Shown here in pieces: positions 42,880 through 58,483 of a DNA stretch of 64,000 nucleotides. The position numbers and the translations under genes are program-made. The DNA is from the human T2T-CHM13v2.0 reference genome, Homo sapiens. The notes under the pieces were generated by a model that saw only the letters and a program-made list of their open reading frames with translations, did not search any database and was not told the origin of the DNA. How positions within the stretch are numbered: position 1 is the stretch's first letter; each line of letters begins with the position of its first letter. The stretch lies in assembly GCF_009914755.1 (NCBI RefSeq), contig NC_060929.1. One strand, 5' to 3'.

Positions 42880-43849
42880 TAAGATTATCAGATGGTTGGA
42901 ACTATCTAACATGGATACTGAATGATAGTTTGAGGGACTCCTTTTAAGTAGGGTTTGGACTTCAGTGTATTATTTTTATGATGCTTTTTTTGGTTTCTCA
43001 GAAGTGCTCCAGTAAGTTTTGGTTGCTAGAGAGTAACTTTTATAAAAATATTATACTGGTATATTATAGATTAATTTCAAGGTTTTTACTTTAGGGACAT
43101 AACATCATTTTGAAAGAGCTTGCCTGTGGCTCTCAGAACACTGGGGCACAGCAATAAACTTTTACCAAGAAATTATGTCTTCTGGCAGATAAACCAAAAC
43201 TTGGAACCTCTGAGATATTATCATTTTCAGTCTCTGACCTTGCTTGATACATTTAATGGCTTGGTGTTAGAGTTTCTCAATCTGAACTTTAGATCAAAGT
43301 AATAATGATCTTTTCCATCTAAGTTGAGACATATTTGTAGAGTACATGCAACTTGCCAACAGGAAATCACTACATACACAACCATTTATTGTTAGTTTTC
43401 TGGCCGATTCAGATCTCAAAGGAATTGAAGTCATTGCCATTTGAAGGTTGTCCAGTTCATTTCTTAGACAGATGACTGACCCAATACAATAGTCACACAG
43501 TCCCTGAACAATTACACTCAAACTCTGCCTTGGCTATCACTGAAGAAAAACATGATTGTTCAATCAATGTGGCTATACAATTGACCTCCCTTTCTTCCCT
43601 AAGCAGTTAGGAACTGTGAGAACATGATGAAGAAAAGTTAGCCCTGTTCTTTTAAATATATTTTTTTGTATTTTGAGGTGAGAGGATTAAAAATTGCTTA
43701 GGTTTATTCTTAAGTGTTCATAAGAAATATTGCCATTTAGTTCAAAATTTACTGAGTATCTCATGATAATAAAGTGAGAATCTGCTGAGTGTTAATGAGT
43801 GGTACTAAGTGTTTATAATAGTGTGGATTTCAAAATAATTGTTTATGTT

Positions 43850-44140
43850 TGGTGAAATGAAAAAAGCTACATAGAGAAGATGACATTCAACTAGGTCTTG
43901 AAAACAGAATTTCAACAGTAAAGATAAGGAGGAAAGAAACCCTTCCTCATGAGAAAACAAGGTGAATCAAAGCATTCAAATGGAAATATAATAGGTACAT
44001 TTGAGAAAAACTGAGTAGTTTGATTTCACTGGAGCACATAAGCGGAAAAAGAAACCAGATATAAGATAAAGAGAGTGACCACAGTGAGATGCCTTTATTA
44101 TTATAATTTGAATGTTATGTCATAAATGGGGAGCCTGGAC
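43850..44140 (-). mobile_element. L2 fragment
   Basis: agagaagatgacattcaactaggtcttgaaa…gagtagtttgatttcactggagc…aaatggggagcc. Confidence 0.5.
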
Positions 44141-44264
44141 TTGAGATAATCTGATTTTCCCAAATTAAAAAAAAAGTAATCTTTCAATGGTGTCTGCATA
44201 GAGACATCATGACCTAATATCCCCCCAAAATTAATCATAAAATTAAACAAAATAGGGTCAGTTT

Positions 44265-46392
44265 AAATAAAGGACTAGGGTTTAATTTACTCACAGTTCC
44301 ACAGGCTGTACAGGCAACATGGCTGAGGAGGTCCCAGGAAACTTACAGTCATGACAGAAGGTGAAGGAGAAGCCAGTGTGACAATGAACTAATACAGAAA
44401 GTTGGTACCAGAGAAATGGGACATTACTATAAAGATACCTGAAAATATGAAAGCAACTTGGGAACAGGGTTGGAACAATTTGGAAGGCTCAGAAAAAGAA
44501 AAGACGATGAGGAAAAGTTTGAAACTTCCTAGACACTTGTTGAATGGTTGTAACCAAAATGCTGATAGTGATATGGGCAAGGAAGTCCAGACTGAGGTGG
44601 TCTCAGATGGAGATGAGGAATGTACTGGGAGCTGGAGTAAAGGTCACTCTGTCTATGCTTTAGCAAAGAGACTGGCAGCAGCATTTTGCCCCTGCCCAAG
44701 AGATCTGTGAAACTTTGAACTTCAGAATGATAATTTCAGGTATCTGGCAGAAGAAATTTCTAAGCAGCAAAACATTTAAGATTTGACCTGGCTGCTTCTA
44801 CAAACCTACACTCATCTGCATAAACAAAGAAATGACCTAAAACTGGAACTTATATTTAAAAGGAAAGCAGAGCATAAAAGTTTAGAAAATTTCCAGCCTG
44901 ACCATGTGGTAGAAAATAAAAACCCATTTTTCTGTGGAGGAATTCAAGCCAGCTACAGAAATGTACATAAGTAAAGAGAAGCTGCATGTTAATAACCAAG
45001 ACGATGGGAAAGTGCCTCCAAGGCATTGCAGAGACCTTTGCAGCAGGCCCTCCCATCTTAGGCCTGGAAGCCCAGGAGGAAAAACTGGTTTTCATGGGCC
45101 AGGCCCAGGGCCCTGCTGCTCTGTACAGTCTCAGGACATGGTATCCTGCATCCCAGCCACTCCAGGTTTAACTGTGACTAAAAGGGCCTCAAATATGTCT
45201 GAGTCCACTGGTCCAGAGAGTGCAAGCCACAAGCCTCGGCAGCCTCCACATAGTGTTAAGCCTGCAGGTGGGCAGAGGGCCAGAGTTGAGGCTTGGGAGC
45301 CTCTGCCTAGATTTCAGAGGATGTGTGGAAATACCTGGATGTCTAGACAGAAAACTGCTACAGAGGTGGAGCCTTCATGGAGAACCTCTGCTAGGAAAGT
45401 GTGGAAAAGAAATATTGGATTGGAGCCCCACACAGAGTTCCCCACTGGGGCACTACCCAGTGGAACTGTGAGAAGACGGCCACCATCTTCCAGATCTTGG
45501 TATGGTGGATCCACTGACAGCTTGCAGCATGCACCAGGAAAAGCCACAGGTACTCAATGCCAGCCCAGGAAAGCAGCCAAGGGGGCTGTGCCCTGCAAAG
45601 CCACAGGGGCAGAGCCTTGAGAGACTACCTCTTGCATTAGCATGTCCTAGATGTGAGACATGGAGTCAAAGGAGATTATTTTGGAGCTTTAAGACTTAAT
45701 GACTGCCCTGCTGGGTTTTGGACTTGGCATGGGGCCTGTAACCCCTTTGTTTTGGCCAATTTTTCTCTTTTGAAATGGGAGCATTTACCGAATGTCTGTA
45801 CCACCATTGTATCTTGGAAGTAACTAACTTGATTTCGATATTATAGGTTCATAGGCAGAAGGGATTGGCCTTGTCTCAGATGAGATTTTGGACTTGGAAT
45901 TTGAGTTAATGCTAGAATGAGTTAACACTTTGGGATACTGTTGGAAAGATATGACTGTGTTTTGAAATATAAGAATGACATGAGATTTGGGAGGGCCTGG
46001 GGTGGAATGATATGGTTTGGCTCTGTGTGCCCACACAAATCTCATGCTGAATTGTAATCCTCAGTGTCGGAGGAGGAGTCTGGTGGGAGGTGATTGGCTG
46101 ATGGGGACGGACTTCTCCCTTGCTGTTCTCATGATAGCGAGTGAGTTCTAATGAGATCTGGCTGTTTAAAAATGTGCAACACTTCCCCATTTTCTCTATT
46201 CCTCCTGCTCCCACCATGTAAGATGTGCTGGCTTCCCCTTTACCTTCCTCCATGGTTATAAGTTTCCTGAGGCTTCCCCAGTCATGACTCCTTGTACAGC
46301 CTACATAACTGTGAGTCTATTAAACCTCTGTTCTTTATAAATGACCCAGCCTGAGGTAGTTCTTTATGGCATTGTGAGAATGGACTAATACA
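44265..46392 (+). mobile_element. MSTA provirus #1: rearranged 5' LTR remnant (44265-44396), MST-int (44397-46007), intact 3' LTR (46008-46392)
   Basis: Internal starts gaaagttggtaccag; PPT gggagggcctggggtggaa precedes TGATATGG; LTR ends ggactaataca. Confidence 0.88.
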
Positions 46393-47647
46393 AATTTTCT
46401 TCAATAAAAACCTTTGAGTGGAATTACAGGGTAATATGATAACTTTATTATTAACATTTTGAGGAGCTACTGAACTACTTTCCAAAGTGACTGCACTATT
46501 TGACAATTTTGCCAGTGGTATATGATGGTTCCAATTTCTCCACATCCTCTCCAACACTTGTCTTTTTTATTTTAGCCATTTGAGTGAGTGTGGGGTTATA
46601 CCTTACTGGGGTTTTCATTTTTAGTGTTTCCATAATGACGAGTGATGCTGGTTGAACATTTTTAATACGTTTGTTAGCCATCCATATATCTTCTCTGAAG
46701 ACACTTCTACTCAGATTTTTTTTGCCTATTATTACATTGTGTTATTGTCTCTTTTATTATTGGGTTATATATTTTGGATACAAGTTCCTTATCAAATATT
46801 CAATATTACATGAAATTGTATTTTTTCTTTCATTGATGTGTTTTTTAGTGTGATATCTAAGAACTCAATGAGAAACCCAAGGTTATGAAGATTTTCCCCC
46901 AAAGTTTTTGTGGAAGAGTTTTATATTATAGTTTTAGCTCTTCCTTTTAGATCTTTGATCAATTTTGATTTTATATATGGTATGAAGTAACAGTCCAAGT
47001 TAATTTTTTGCTTGTGGATATCCACTTGACCCAGCACAATGTATTGAAAGACTACTCTTTTTCCATTAAATTGTCTTTTTACCCCTGTCAAAAGTCAATT
47101 GATCAGAAATGTAAGAAAATACTTATTGACTGTCAGTTCTATTTCTTTGATCTCTATGTCTGTCCTTAGGCTAGTAGCACAATATCTGGATCATTGTCAT
47201 TTTTAAGTAGGTTTTGAAATCAGAAAGTGTGGATCCTCTTACTTTGTTCTCCTTGAACATTGTTTTGGATTTTTCTGGGTCCCCTGCAATTACATATGAA
47301 TTTCAGGAGCAGCTTGGAAATTTCTGCAAAAAAGCCAGCTAGGATTTTGTAAAGGATCCTATTTTATTGATATATCAGTTTTAGAAGTGTTGCTATCTTA
47401 ATATTTAGTGTTACAATCTATAAACATGAGGTGTCTTTCCATTTATTTACATCTTTCTTTAATTTTTTCTTCTTCAACAGTGCTTTGTAGTTTTCTGGAT
47501 GCACACTTTGTGCTTCTTTTGCTAAATTTATGTCTAAATATTTTGTTCTTTTTGTTGTGATTATAAATTGATTTTTTCTTCTTAATTTCATTTTTGTGTT
47601 GTCCATTATTACTATATTGATATGCAATTGCTTTTGTATGTTAATTA

Positions 47648-48030
<383 letters not shown>

Positions 48031-48108
48031 TGATTTTGTATATACAAGATCATGTTATTTGAAAATGGAGGTAGTTTTACTTATTTCTTTCCCATCTGGA
48101 TGTGTTTT

Positions 48109-48394
48109 TTTATTTTATTTTATTTTTTTGAGGCAGAGTCTGGCTCTGTCGCCCAGGCTGGAGTGCAGTGGCGCGATCTCGGCTCACGGCAAGCTCCGCC
48201 TCCCAGGTTCACGCCATTCTCCTGCCTCAGCATCCTGAGTAGCTGGGATTACAGGCGCCCACCATCACGCCTGGCTAATTTTTTGTATTTTTAGTATTTT
48301 TAACCAGGATGGTCTCGATCTCCTGACCTCGTGATACCCCCGCCTCGGCCTCCCAAAGCGCTGGGATTACAGGCATGAGCCACCGCATCCGGCC
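48109..48394 (-). mobile_element. AluY with a short internal deletion
   Basis: 18-bp TSD cccatctggatgtgtttt at 48091-48108 and 48395-48412; gagacggggtttcaccgtg missing after the linker. Confidence 0.93.
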
Positions 48395-49000
48395 CCCATC
48401 TGGATGTGTTTTATTTCTTTTTCTTGTCTAACTGCCCTGGCTATAACCTTCAATATTGTTGAATAGAAGTGATGAGTGTATACATTTTTATCTTATTCCT
48501 AATATTAGGGTAAAGTTTTCAGTCTTTCACCATTAATTTTAATGTTAATTGTGGTTGTTTGAGGATGTCCTTTATCAGGTAGAAGAAGCTTCATTGTATT
48601 CCTACTGTATATTTTATCATGAACGGATGTTGGGTTTTGTCAAATATTTTTTCTGCATCTACTGAGAAAATTATGAGTTTTTATCTTTTATTCTATGAAT
48701 ATGGTGTATTACATTGATTTATTTTTTAGATATTAAATCAACCTTGTATTCCTATCCTTGGTCCATTGTATAATGATTCTTTATATGTTTCTGGATTCAG
48801 TTTGCTAGCTTTTGTTGAGGATTTTTGTATCCATATTTGTAAGATATTTTCATCTGCATTTTTTTTCTTGTAATACCTTGGCTAGCTTTGGTGTCCAGGT
48901 AACACTGGGCTCATAATATAATGAGCTGAGCAAAGTATTTCCTCTTCTCTCTTTTGGAAGGCTTCGTGAAGGATAATTTATTCTACTTTAAAAATGTGAT

Positions 49001-49306
<306 letters not shown>

Positions 49307-52300
49307 GAAAAAATACATACACCATATAATTTATGGTAACTTTTCAATTTAAATGGACTTAAATACCAAATACGTAAAATCTGGGGTCTGCACCGCCCCT
49401 TCCTAGAGAAATATTTTATGCAAAAGATCCATGCATCACTCTTGTGGTGTAAGTTTTCTTTAAGTTCTTTAAATTTAATTTTAAAAATATCAACTTCTTA
49501 ATATAGATTTTAATTATGCTAGGCACTTGCTATTTAGAACAACATTATTGAAATATGAAGCAAATATTGTCACTTAAAAAAAATCACTCTCCTAGATCTT
49601 GACTAAAGATACAGCTTACAAGAAGATGTTAACTCTCACTCTTTTTGGGCACACTGAGCAACTCCAGCATTCACCTAAAAAGTAACATTTTGTAATTTAT
49701 CATCAGTATATGTTTGTTTTTACTTTTGCATACAATAAAGTGAAAGAAGTAGAACAAAAAAAGGAGACAGACACAAAAACAGAGACTGAGATAGAGATAT
49801 TGACAGACATAGACATTCAATATTATTTTAGTTAATTGTGAGAGGCGACCATGGAAAATAATCGCAAACTACATTCAAAGGAATTGCAGAATATACTGCA
49901 GAGTTCCTTTTACTTTCCTTTAATTTGAGGCTTTTGGACCTATGTGGATGATTTGAAAGTCAAGAGAGGCAGAGTGTGTGTTAGATTAGTTTATAGTGAG
50001 CCAACATTATATTGTAGTCATTGGGAGTATAATTATTTTAAAAGAAATGGGCTGAAGTTTCCCCTCCCACTTTCTGCACATTGCAGGCAGCTGTTAATAA
50101 ACCCCCAAGCTGATTACATTGGTGAAAAAAACAAGGAAATTTATTTATAGTTGCAGTTCACAATGTTTTGCTATTAGACTTACAATTCATAAAAAGTCAG
50201 TAATTGGTCACCATGACTTGTAGCACTTGTATTTCCTTATCCTAATCTGTAGTCCATGTTCATACATGTCCTAATTATCCTATTCTACAGTGAGTGATTT
50301 TAAATAGCTTTTACCACCTACTTACCAGAAAGGAATAATAAGATGATTAATGACAACATGTATAAAACATTTTGAATGCAGAAAAGGAGAAATATTTAAA
50401 AGTAAAATAATGGACTATTATAGGGAGCATTCTTATTTCTATGTCTATAGAAATACATATATTTTGGCATAATACATGAATCCACACTTTAAAGGCACTT
50501 TATTTTACAAATATGTATCCTCTATATGAATGAAAAAAGCATTATTCTTCGATTAATTTCTTTTGAAATATAATTTTATTTTTTATTCTATAATAGTTGC
50601 ATTTATAGAATAACATTAGAATAAATCTAAAAAGTGAAGATAAAATTCTTTAAATTCACATGATCATTGTTAGTCAATAAACATATTTCTAATTGATAAA
50701 TAAATCTTATATATACATAGTAGTCTATTAGTCAATAATTAGTAAATAAATTGATAACAATACATGTAGAATTTTATTTTTTTTACCTTGTAGTATTATT
50801 ATATCACGCATATTTCTTTCCTATTTTTTCTCTTTTAATTATATACTAAAGCTTTCTATAGTTTCTACATTTCTACTCCATGATTTAATGGCTACATAAT
50901 GTTCCATGGCTAACATAACCAATTTCTATTGTTAAGTACATACATAGATTGCCTTTCTTTATTCTATTTACAACCCATGATGAGTATTCTGACAATTGTA
51001 TTCATTGTATAACTTCAGGAAACATTGTCAGAACCAAAACTACCAAGTCCTTTGATTCTGACAATACATTTTTTAAGAAAATAATACATACTGGCAATAT
51101 CCCTTTCAGAAAGATATTACCAATTTACATCCGCAATAGAAGTGTATTAATGTTCCCATCTCCTGTGACCTAGGCAGGACTTCTGTATGCTTTTTATTAT
51201 TCCTAATTTATGTGAGAGACAAGACCTATCTCATTATTTCATTTTATTCAAATTAAATTATGGATTAAGTAATAATACTTATTTTCCATTTTATGTCTCT
51301 CTAAAATGTTTGTTTAAGGTTGGGTTCAATGTCAATAATTTGAAAAATGAATAATTTCCGCATTTTCCCCAAAAGTTGAGGGAGAAAATGAAATATTTCC
51401 ACAACAAAATTAAGTAATTTTTTTACCTATTCAAGAACCTCTTGAGTTTTTTTCCCCTGAGTTGCATTTGCTTGCAACAGAGAGGAAAGGGGGATGTTAC
51501 TCTTACTCTTTTCAAATTAATTCAGTTTTTAAGCTTTATGATATTTAGTTAATACATAGACCACATTATTTATTATTTCCTAAGTTATGACTATTTCAGC
51601 AATAATCTAAAAGGTAGATGAATTGCAGAACTGGTTATGAGCAATAATTTTTTTCAAAATATCTTTCTAGAATGGATATAATATAAACTTCCAAAAATAT
51701 TGGTATACATTGTGGATATCCAAAAACAGCATCAGGTAGGTACATTATTGGTGACCAGATATTTTGAACTGGTATGTAATTCATTTGATAACATGTAATA
51801 ACATGTATGGATGTGTAAATTTTACTTTATGAGCTCAATGGGAAAGCTATTTCTTCCAAAATATGACCCAAGATAATGCCTGTGTTGTATTATTTAATCA
51901 ATTTCAGGTTATAAGAGAATCTAAATGCTTGTAAGAATTTGCTCTATCACTGCATTTTGTAGACTCTCTTGTTTAGTATTTTAGGCCTTGAGTACATCAC
52001 ACGGCAAATTGCTCACAATATATTATACAATTTGAATGATGTTGGGCATATCACCTCATTTATGCCTGTTTACAATATTTGTTTGTCTTTAATCAAAGGC
52101 CGAAGTACCAGGTGTCTTTTTATAGAATGTGGATTTTTACAATGAATCTCCATTTCATAGCATTCACTATTATGTCTGGCTTCTTTCATTCGACATTATT
52201 TCAATGACACTCATCCATATAATATGTGGCATTAGCTTGATTCTTTTCATTACTTTATAGCATTTCATTATATAAATATACCACAATGTATTTTTTTCTA

Positions 52301-53627
52301 TTATTATTCACCTTTAGATTGTTCTGGTATCACATTACTATTAACAATACCACTATGAACATTTTTGTACATGTTTATTGGTGCACATATTTATACATCT
52401 TTATTTGGTTTAGTATTTCCTACACTCGAAGTTGCTAGTTTATTACTTATGATATGTTAAGAGATACTGTATATTATCAAAAAATCCTCAGAAAAGACTG
52501 GCAAATTACATTCCTGGATAATTCTAGTCACTTGCTTTTGGTAGTTTTAAAGCTTTTATTTTTAAAATCCATCCTAGTGAATGTGGATTGATTACTTAAA
52601 ATTTAACCTCTTGTGAGTACTTGGTTGTACATTATTCAGTAACTCATTTATATCAATTGATTTCAAAGGTGAGCCATTTAAAAATATCTGTTCTCAAACA
52701 TTCACATTTACAACATATTTGATAATTTGAAAAGTTTTGGTGTGCATTAGAATTTGCTTATTCAAGTAACTTTAAAGTAACTATAGGATAATGCTTCCCT
52801 TAGTCTGGTATTTAGGCATCTCTACAATCTGGTCAGTTTATTTTCCATATATGCTATACTGCTCACAGTGTCTCAACAGCTTGTGGTTCCAAACTAAGGT
52901 CATACTGACAGAGCTGAAGTTTTTCAGATCAAGTGTTCCCTCCTATACCTATCAAAAAAAAAGTGTCCTCAACCTTCATCTGAGATTCCTTTCCTCATCT
53001 AGAAGAGCTCAGGATTTCCTCTGGGTAGAAGATGGTATCACCTAAAATAGACAGCTTTTAATCGTGGTTAAAAGCCTGAATTTGGAATTATATATATGAG
53101 TAGAATTATTCAGCTGTACTAAATTCTTATGTGACTTATGCAGGCATATTCTTATATTCTTTCTCTTATGGGGTCATCGCTATAATTAAATAATATAACA
53201 TGGGTGACACCTAATTATGTTTTTGGTACATAGAAAGTACACGGTATGTACTAGTTATATTTTCCAATACTTCAAGGTTGAGTTTAAGCTATTTATTGTC
53301 CATTAATTCTTTTCTGTGCACTCTTTAATTATTTATTTGATAAATTACCTCCTTAAGATTTATTTGCTTACTTTTAATTTTATCATATATAGTTTTCAAG
53401 AGCACCTTTTATTCTTTGCATGCTACATTTTACAGCATTATAACATCCTTTTCTTGATGCCGAATGTGTAATAGACTCTCTGAGGCTATTAGTTGTAGAT
53501 TTTAAATAAAAATGTGATGAAAATTTTGCAGAAAAGTAATTGCCAATTCTCTTTTTTGAATGCACAATGCTCCATTCCAGGTTATTTTAGAGACGAGAGA
53601 AAAAAGGGAAGCAGTACAAGATACAGA

Positions 53628-53835
53628 CTTTTTTTTCATTGCAATAAAACTTATAGTTAAGAAAATGCATAGATTTTAAGCATATAGTCTAGTTAGTTTT
53701 GAAAAAGCTAAACATTTATATAACCACTACTGTAAAATAGAAAATATATTCATCACTCTAGAAAGTTCTTTCATCCCTTGCTTGTCAATCATCTCTGCAC
53801 AGGGGTAACTACTATGCTGATTTTCATCTTCATAC
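53628..53835 (-). mobile_element. Old L1 (L1MD/ME) 3' end
   Basis: aaaatgcatagattttaag…taaccact…aaaatagaaaatatattcatcactctagaaagttc…ggtaactactatgctgattttc. Confidence 0.65.
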
Positions 53836-54264
53836 CTGAATCCTGTAAACTTAGGTTTGTTTTTCCTCCAGTTCATCAAGTCAGTTGCCACTTTTGCCTT
53901 GTGCTTTATAGGTTTCAAACTTTTACTGCTATCACATCCTACCTTGTTCTTTTTTCTTTTAATTTGTCTCTTTAAATAATCATTCTAGTGTCATTTTGTG
54001 AGATTTTAGAATGAAGCAGAAGTAACGATGTGGTTAATCTTACATTTTAATGCACTTTTCAATATAATGTCATATTTTTAGATTATTATATTTATTTAAT
54101 TATTGAACCATTAATCTTATACTTAATTAAATGAATGAATTTAACCGCTTCTTGTTCCAACATCATGTTTCTTTTGAGTAACTGAATGAATATTTTAGGC
54201 TTCTTTACAGGCATTACTTTTATACTCTAATCCTTTTGTGTCAGCCACAAATAATTAGCCTTGA

Positions 54265-54586
<322 letters not shown>

Positions 54587-55571
54587 TTAAAAAATGTTGA
54601 ATATTATTCAACATCCGTACTTATTAATATTTGATAATATTTTTCCTGATGGATAGTTATTTATTGATATGAGTAAAACGAAACCCCTCTGCATATAGCT
54701 GTTGGCTGACCTTGAATATATTACTGCATGATAAAATGGGTTGTAACATATCACCACATTTTTCCTAAGCATGGCCATATTTTCTCAATCCTCATAAACC
54801 AAACCAGTAAATATATTAAAATTTTATAGCCATGGATAAATATGTCCGCGAAGATAACCTGATTGTAATTTCTTAAATCAGAAGAACTGTGTGACTCTTT
54901 TATCACTTTTAATATACAGATATTTTACAAATGCTTTAATTATTATGTATGTTTTTGGATTCAATTTTTACAAATACTTAGTCTTGCTTTGTAGATTAAA
55001 CACACTTTGGCTTATGGGTATTACAAATGCTCCAAGTTTAGATAGCTATTTACTGGCAGTCTAAATTATATTCCAGATCCCTCAGAATTGATCCAGTGAT
55101 TTTTTTTTTTTTTAGTTTTTATTTCCTACTTTACCACATTGTTCACCTACAAGAACAGAGATCAGAGTTAGTAAAAAAAAAGAGAGATGGTCACCTGGTA
55201 GAACACTGCTCGTATTTCCTGAGCATACCACAGGGAAGCCTTACATTTTTATATCTCTGTGACTCTGAGACTGAATTTCAAAATGTAGTACAGTAGCATT
55301 TTTAAGTATAGAGGAATATTGCTATTTGGTCATAATTAGGAAGCTTTACTGAAATTGCCTGGAGAATAGAGGTTTCCTGCTTCAGAGACAAAGCCTTGAG
55401 GTTTACAGATCTTAATTTTTTATTTCTCATGCATTTCCCAGTATCTGTCTCCCTCCCCCATCTGATTAACATATTTGATGAAATGTAGTACACTGAGTCA
55501 GGCATTTGAAACGTAGAGACAATTTTAATGAAGTATAAGAAAATCTTGGAGGGTCAAATTTTCACAGACCA

Positions 55572-55938
<367 letters not shown>

Positions 55939-55954
55939 CTATCACGGATTTTTC

Positions 55955-56192
55955 TCCCCTCCCCTCCCCTCCCCTCCCCGTTCTCTTTTCCTTAGACACA
56001 AGATCTCACTCTGTCACCCAGACTGGAGTGTAGTGGGCATGATCATAGCTCAGCTCAGCCTTGAATTTCTAGGCTCAAGCGATCCTCTCATCTCAGCCTT
56101 CTGAGTAGCTGAGACCAGAGGCACACACCACAGTGCGTGATTAATTTTTAAATTTTTTATAGAGACAGTGTCTAATTATGCTGCCCAGGTTG
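55955..56192 (-). mobile_element. Truncated AluJ with (CCCCT)n-converted tail
   Basis: gatcatagctca…aggctcaagcgatcctctcatctcagcc…agagacagtgtct…gctgcccaggttgg. Confidence 0.8.
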
Positions 56193-56346
56193 GTGGACTT
56201 TCTTGACCTAGATGCAGTTGTTCAAAATAAGTTAACAGTGAGGAATATCAGAGCAGCCAATGTAGTACCATCTGCCAATGCTTGACACCAATAAACTAAA
56301 AATCAAATTAAGCCTCTGAAGCTCTGCTTGATCTAAACTTTGCCTT

Positions 56347-57308
56347 CTTTTTTTAAATTATTATTATACTTTAAGTTCTAGGGTACATATGCACAACGTG
56401 CAGGTTTGATACTTAGGGGTTTGATACATAGGTATACATGTGCCATGTTGGTTTGCTGCACCCATCAACTCATCATTTACATTAGGTATTTCTCCTAATG
56501 CTATCCCTCCCCAATCCCCCAACCCCCCAACAGGCCCTGGTGTGCGATGCTCCCAACCCTGAGTCCAAGTGATCTCACTGTTCAATTCCGACCTATGAGT
56601 GAGAACATGCAGTGTTTGGTTTTCTGTCCTTGTGATAGTTTGCTGAGAATGATGATTTCCAGCTTCATCCATGTCCCTGCGAAGGACATGAACTCATCCT
56701 TTTCAATGGCTGCATAGTATTCCACGGTGTATATGTGCCATAGTTTCTTAATCCAGTCTATCATTGATGGACATTTGGGTTGGTTCCAATCTTTGCTATT
56801 GTGAATAGTGTCACAATAAACATATGTGTGCATGAGTCTTTATAGTAGCATGATTTATAATCCTCTGGGTATATACCCAGTAATGGGATGGCTGGGTCAA
56901 ATGGTAATTCTAGTTCTAGATCCTTGAGGAATCGCCACACTGTCTTCCACAATGGTTGAACTAATTTACACTCCCACCAACAGTGTAAAAGGATTCCTAT
57001 TTCTCCACATCCTCTCCAGCACCTGTTGTTTCCTGACTTTTTAATGATTGCCATCCTAACTGGTGTGAGATGGTATCTCATTGTGGTTTTGATTTGCATT
57101 TCTCTGATGACCAGTGATGATGAGCATTTTTTCATTTGTCTGTTGGCTGCATAAATGTCTTCTTTTGAGAAGTGTCTGTTCATATCCTTTGCCCACTTTT
57201 TGATAGGGTTGTTTTTTTTCTTGTAAGTTTGTTTGAGTTCTTTGTAGATTCTGGATATTAGCCCTTTGTCAGATGGGCAGATTGTAAAAACTTTCTCCCA
57301 TTCTGTAG
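56347..57308 (-). mobile_element. 5'-truncated L1PA6-like (~0.96 kb)
   Basis: 13-bp TSD actttgccttctt at 56337-56349 and 57309-57321; ORF2 C-terminus 56761..57183. Confidence 0.93.
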
Positions 57309-57575
57309 ACTTTGCCTTCTTGCTATTTGAATCTTACTTGTGCCCTCATCCCCAAACAAAGCCTTATTTTAGCCAACGAGAGCTTGTTCCCATAGACTCT
57401 GAGTAGGGTTCACCGGGCCTGTCATTTGTTAACAGAAATTCTAAGTATCTCTCCCAATGTTGGAAATTGGCTTTCCACTAGGGATTTTGTCTTTGAATGC
57501 TTCCTGTGCATTATTCTTGCTTAATTTGCTGAAATAATGTTACATAACAAAGAGATGACTTTAAGATGTTATTGA

Positions 57576-57625
57576 TATATACATTTAGTATGTACCCATA
57601 AAAAGTAAATTTTTTTTTTTAAAAA
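57576..57625 (+). mobile_element. Extremely 5'-truncated L1MA/PB-type 3' tip (~50 bp)
   Basis: tatatacatttagtatgtacccataaaaa tip; TSD aagatg(t/c)tattga at 57563-57575 and 57626-57638. Confidence 0.65.
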
Positions 57626-58483
57626 AAGATGCTATTGAGTAAAGTCCTAAGAAATACCTCAATCTTGTTAGTTCATTCAGCAAGGTAGTAGAGGTGAAGA
57701 AAACAGATGTACAGAGGACAATGGCTTGGTTCCAAACATTTATGTAGAACCCAAGGAGAGAGGCCTAATCTCAGGTAAAAAAATATTTTAAATTGCTAGA
57801 AGCAGCCACAACCCTAATACAAATGTAGGCCAAATGGCTTTTTCTGTCCTTTTCTATGTGGAAAGCTCACAGAAAAGCCTAAGATCTTATCATACCACCC
57901 AACTAGAAAAATAGGAAAATAAAAGGAAGCTTGTTTAAACATCTAGGTCAGAACTAACATAGGCTTTCCACTCCAGATTTGTCAAGAATGTGTAAAAATT
58001 CTTAAGAAAAGCATCTCCATGCTCATCCTGCCTTGTTGCGTAGTAAAAAGTATTCAAAGTGAGAAAAAAAATTGAAGTTTTAGAAGTTTAAGTCTTGAAA
58101 GATTAAGAGAAATAGCTAAGTTTGACAGGTCCCAGAACACCTGTTCTCATCACCAGATGAGATCTTCACTGTAGAAGGGGTGCTGGAGGAAGAAGGGTAG
58201 GATGTCAAAAAGCTGAGAGTGGATCCTCCGCTGTTTCAGATCTCCAGAATGGTGGACGGGAACATAACTTAAAAGAGAACATGACAGTTCTATTGCAGGC
58301 AATGATCATTAACCTTCTAATAAACATAGTGAAAGTCTTTACTTTCTAGTAGAGTAATAAACAAAAGCTCCTCCCCATACACACACCCCTTTCAACAAAA
58401 GAAAAAAAAAAAAAAAAAAGAAGAATTGAACCATGGCAAGGTTTCACCACATTTGGAATAGAACCAGGGACAGGAAGTAGAAC

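Noticed and set aside
44934-45620. 228-aa ORF, the longest non-L1 frame
   Set aside because: Starts at GTG and lies wholly in MST-int (residual MaLR internal ORF); the matching region of provirus #2 is interrupted and nothing suggests domestication.
58350-58425. AATAAA followed by a long A tract, suggesting a processed pseudogene tail
   Set aside because: No TSD and no recognisable mRNA-like or coding sequence upstream.
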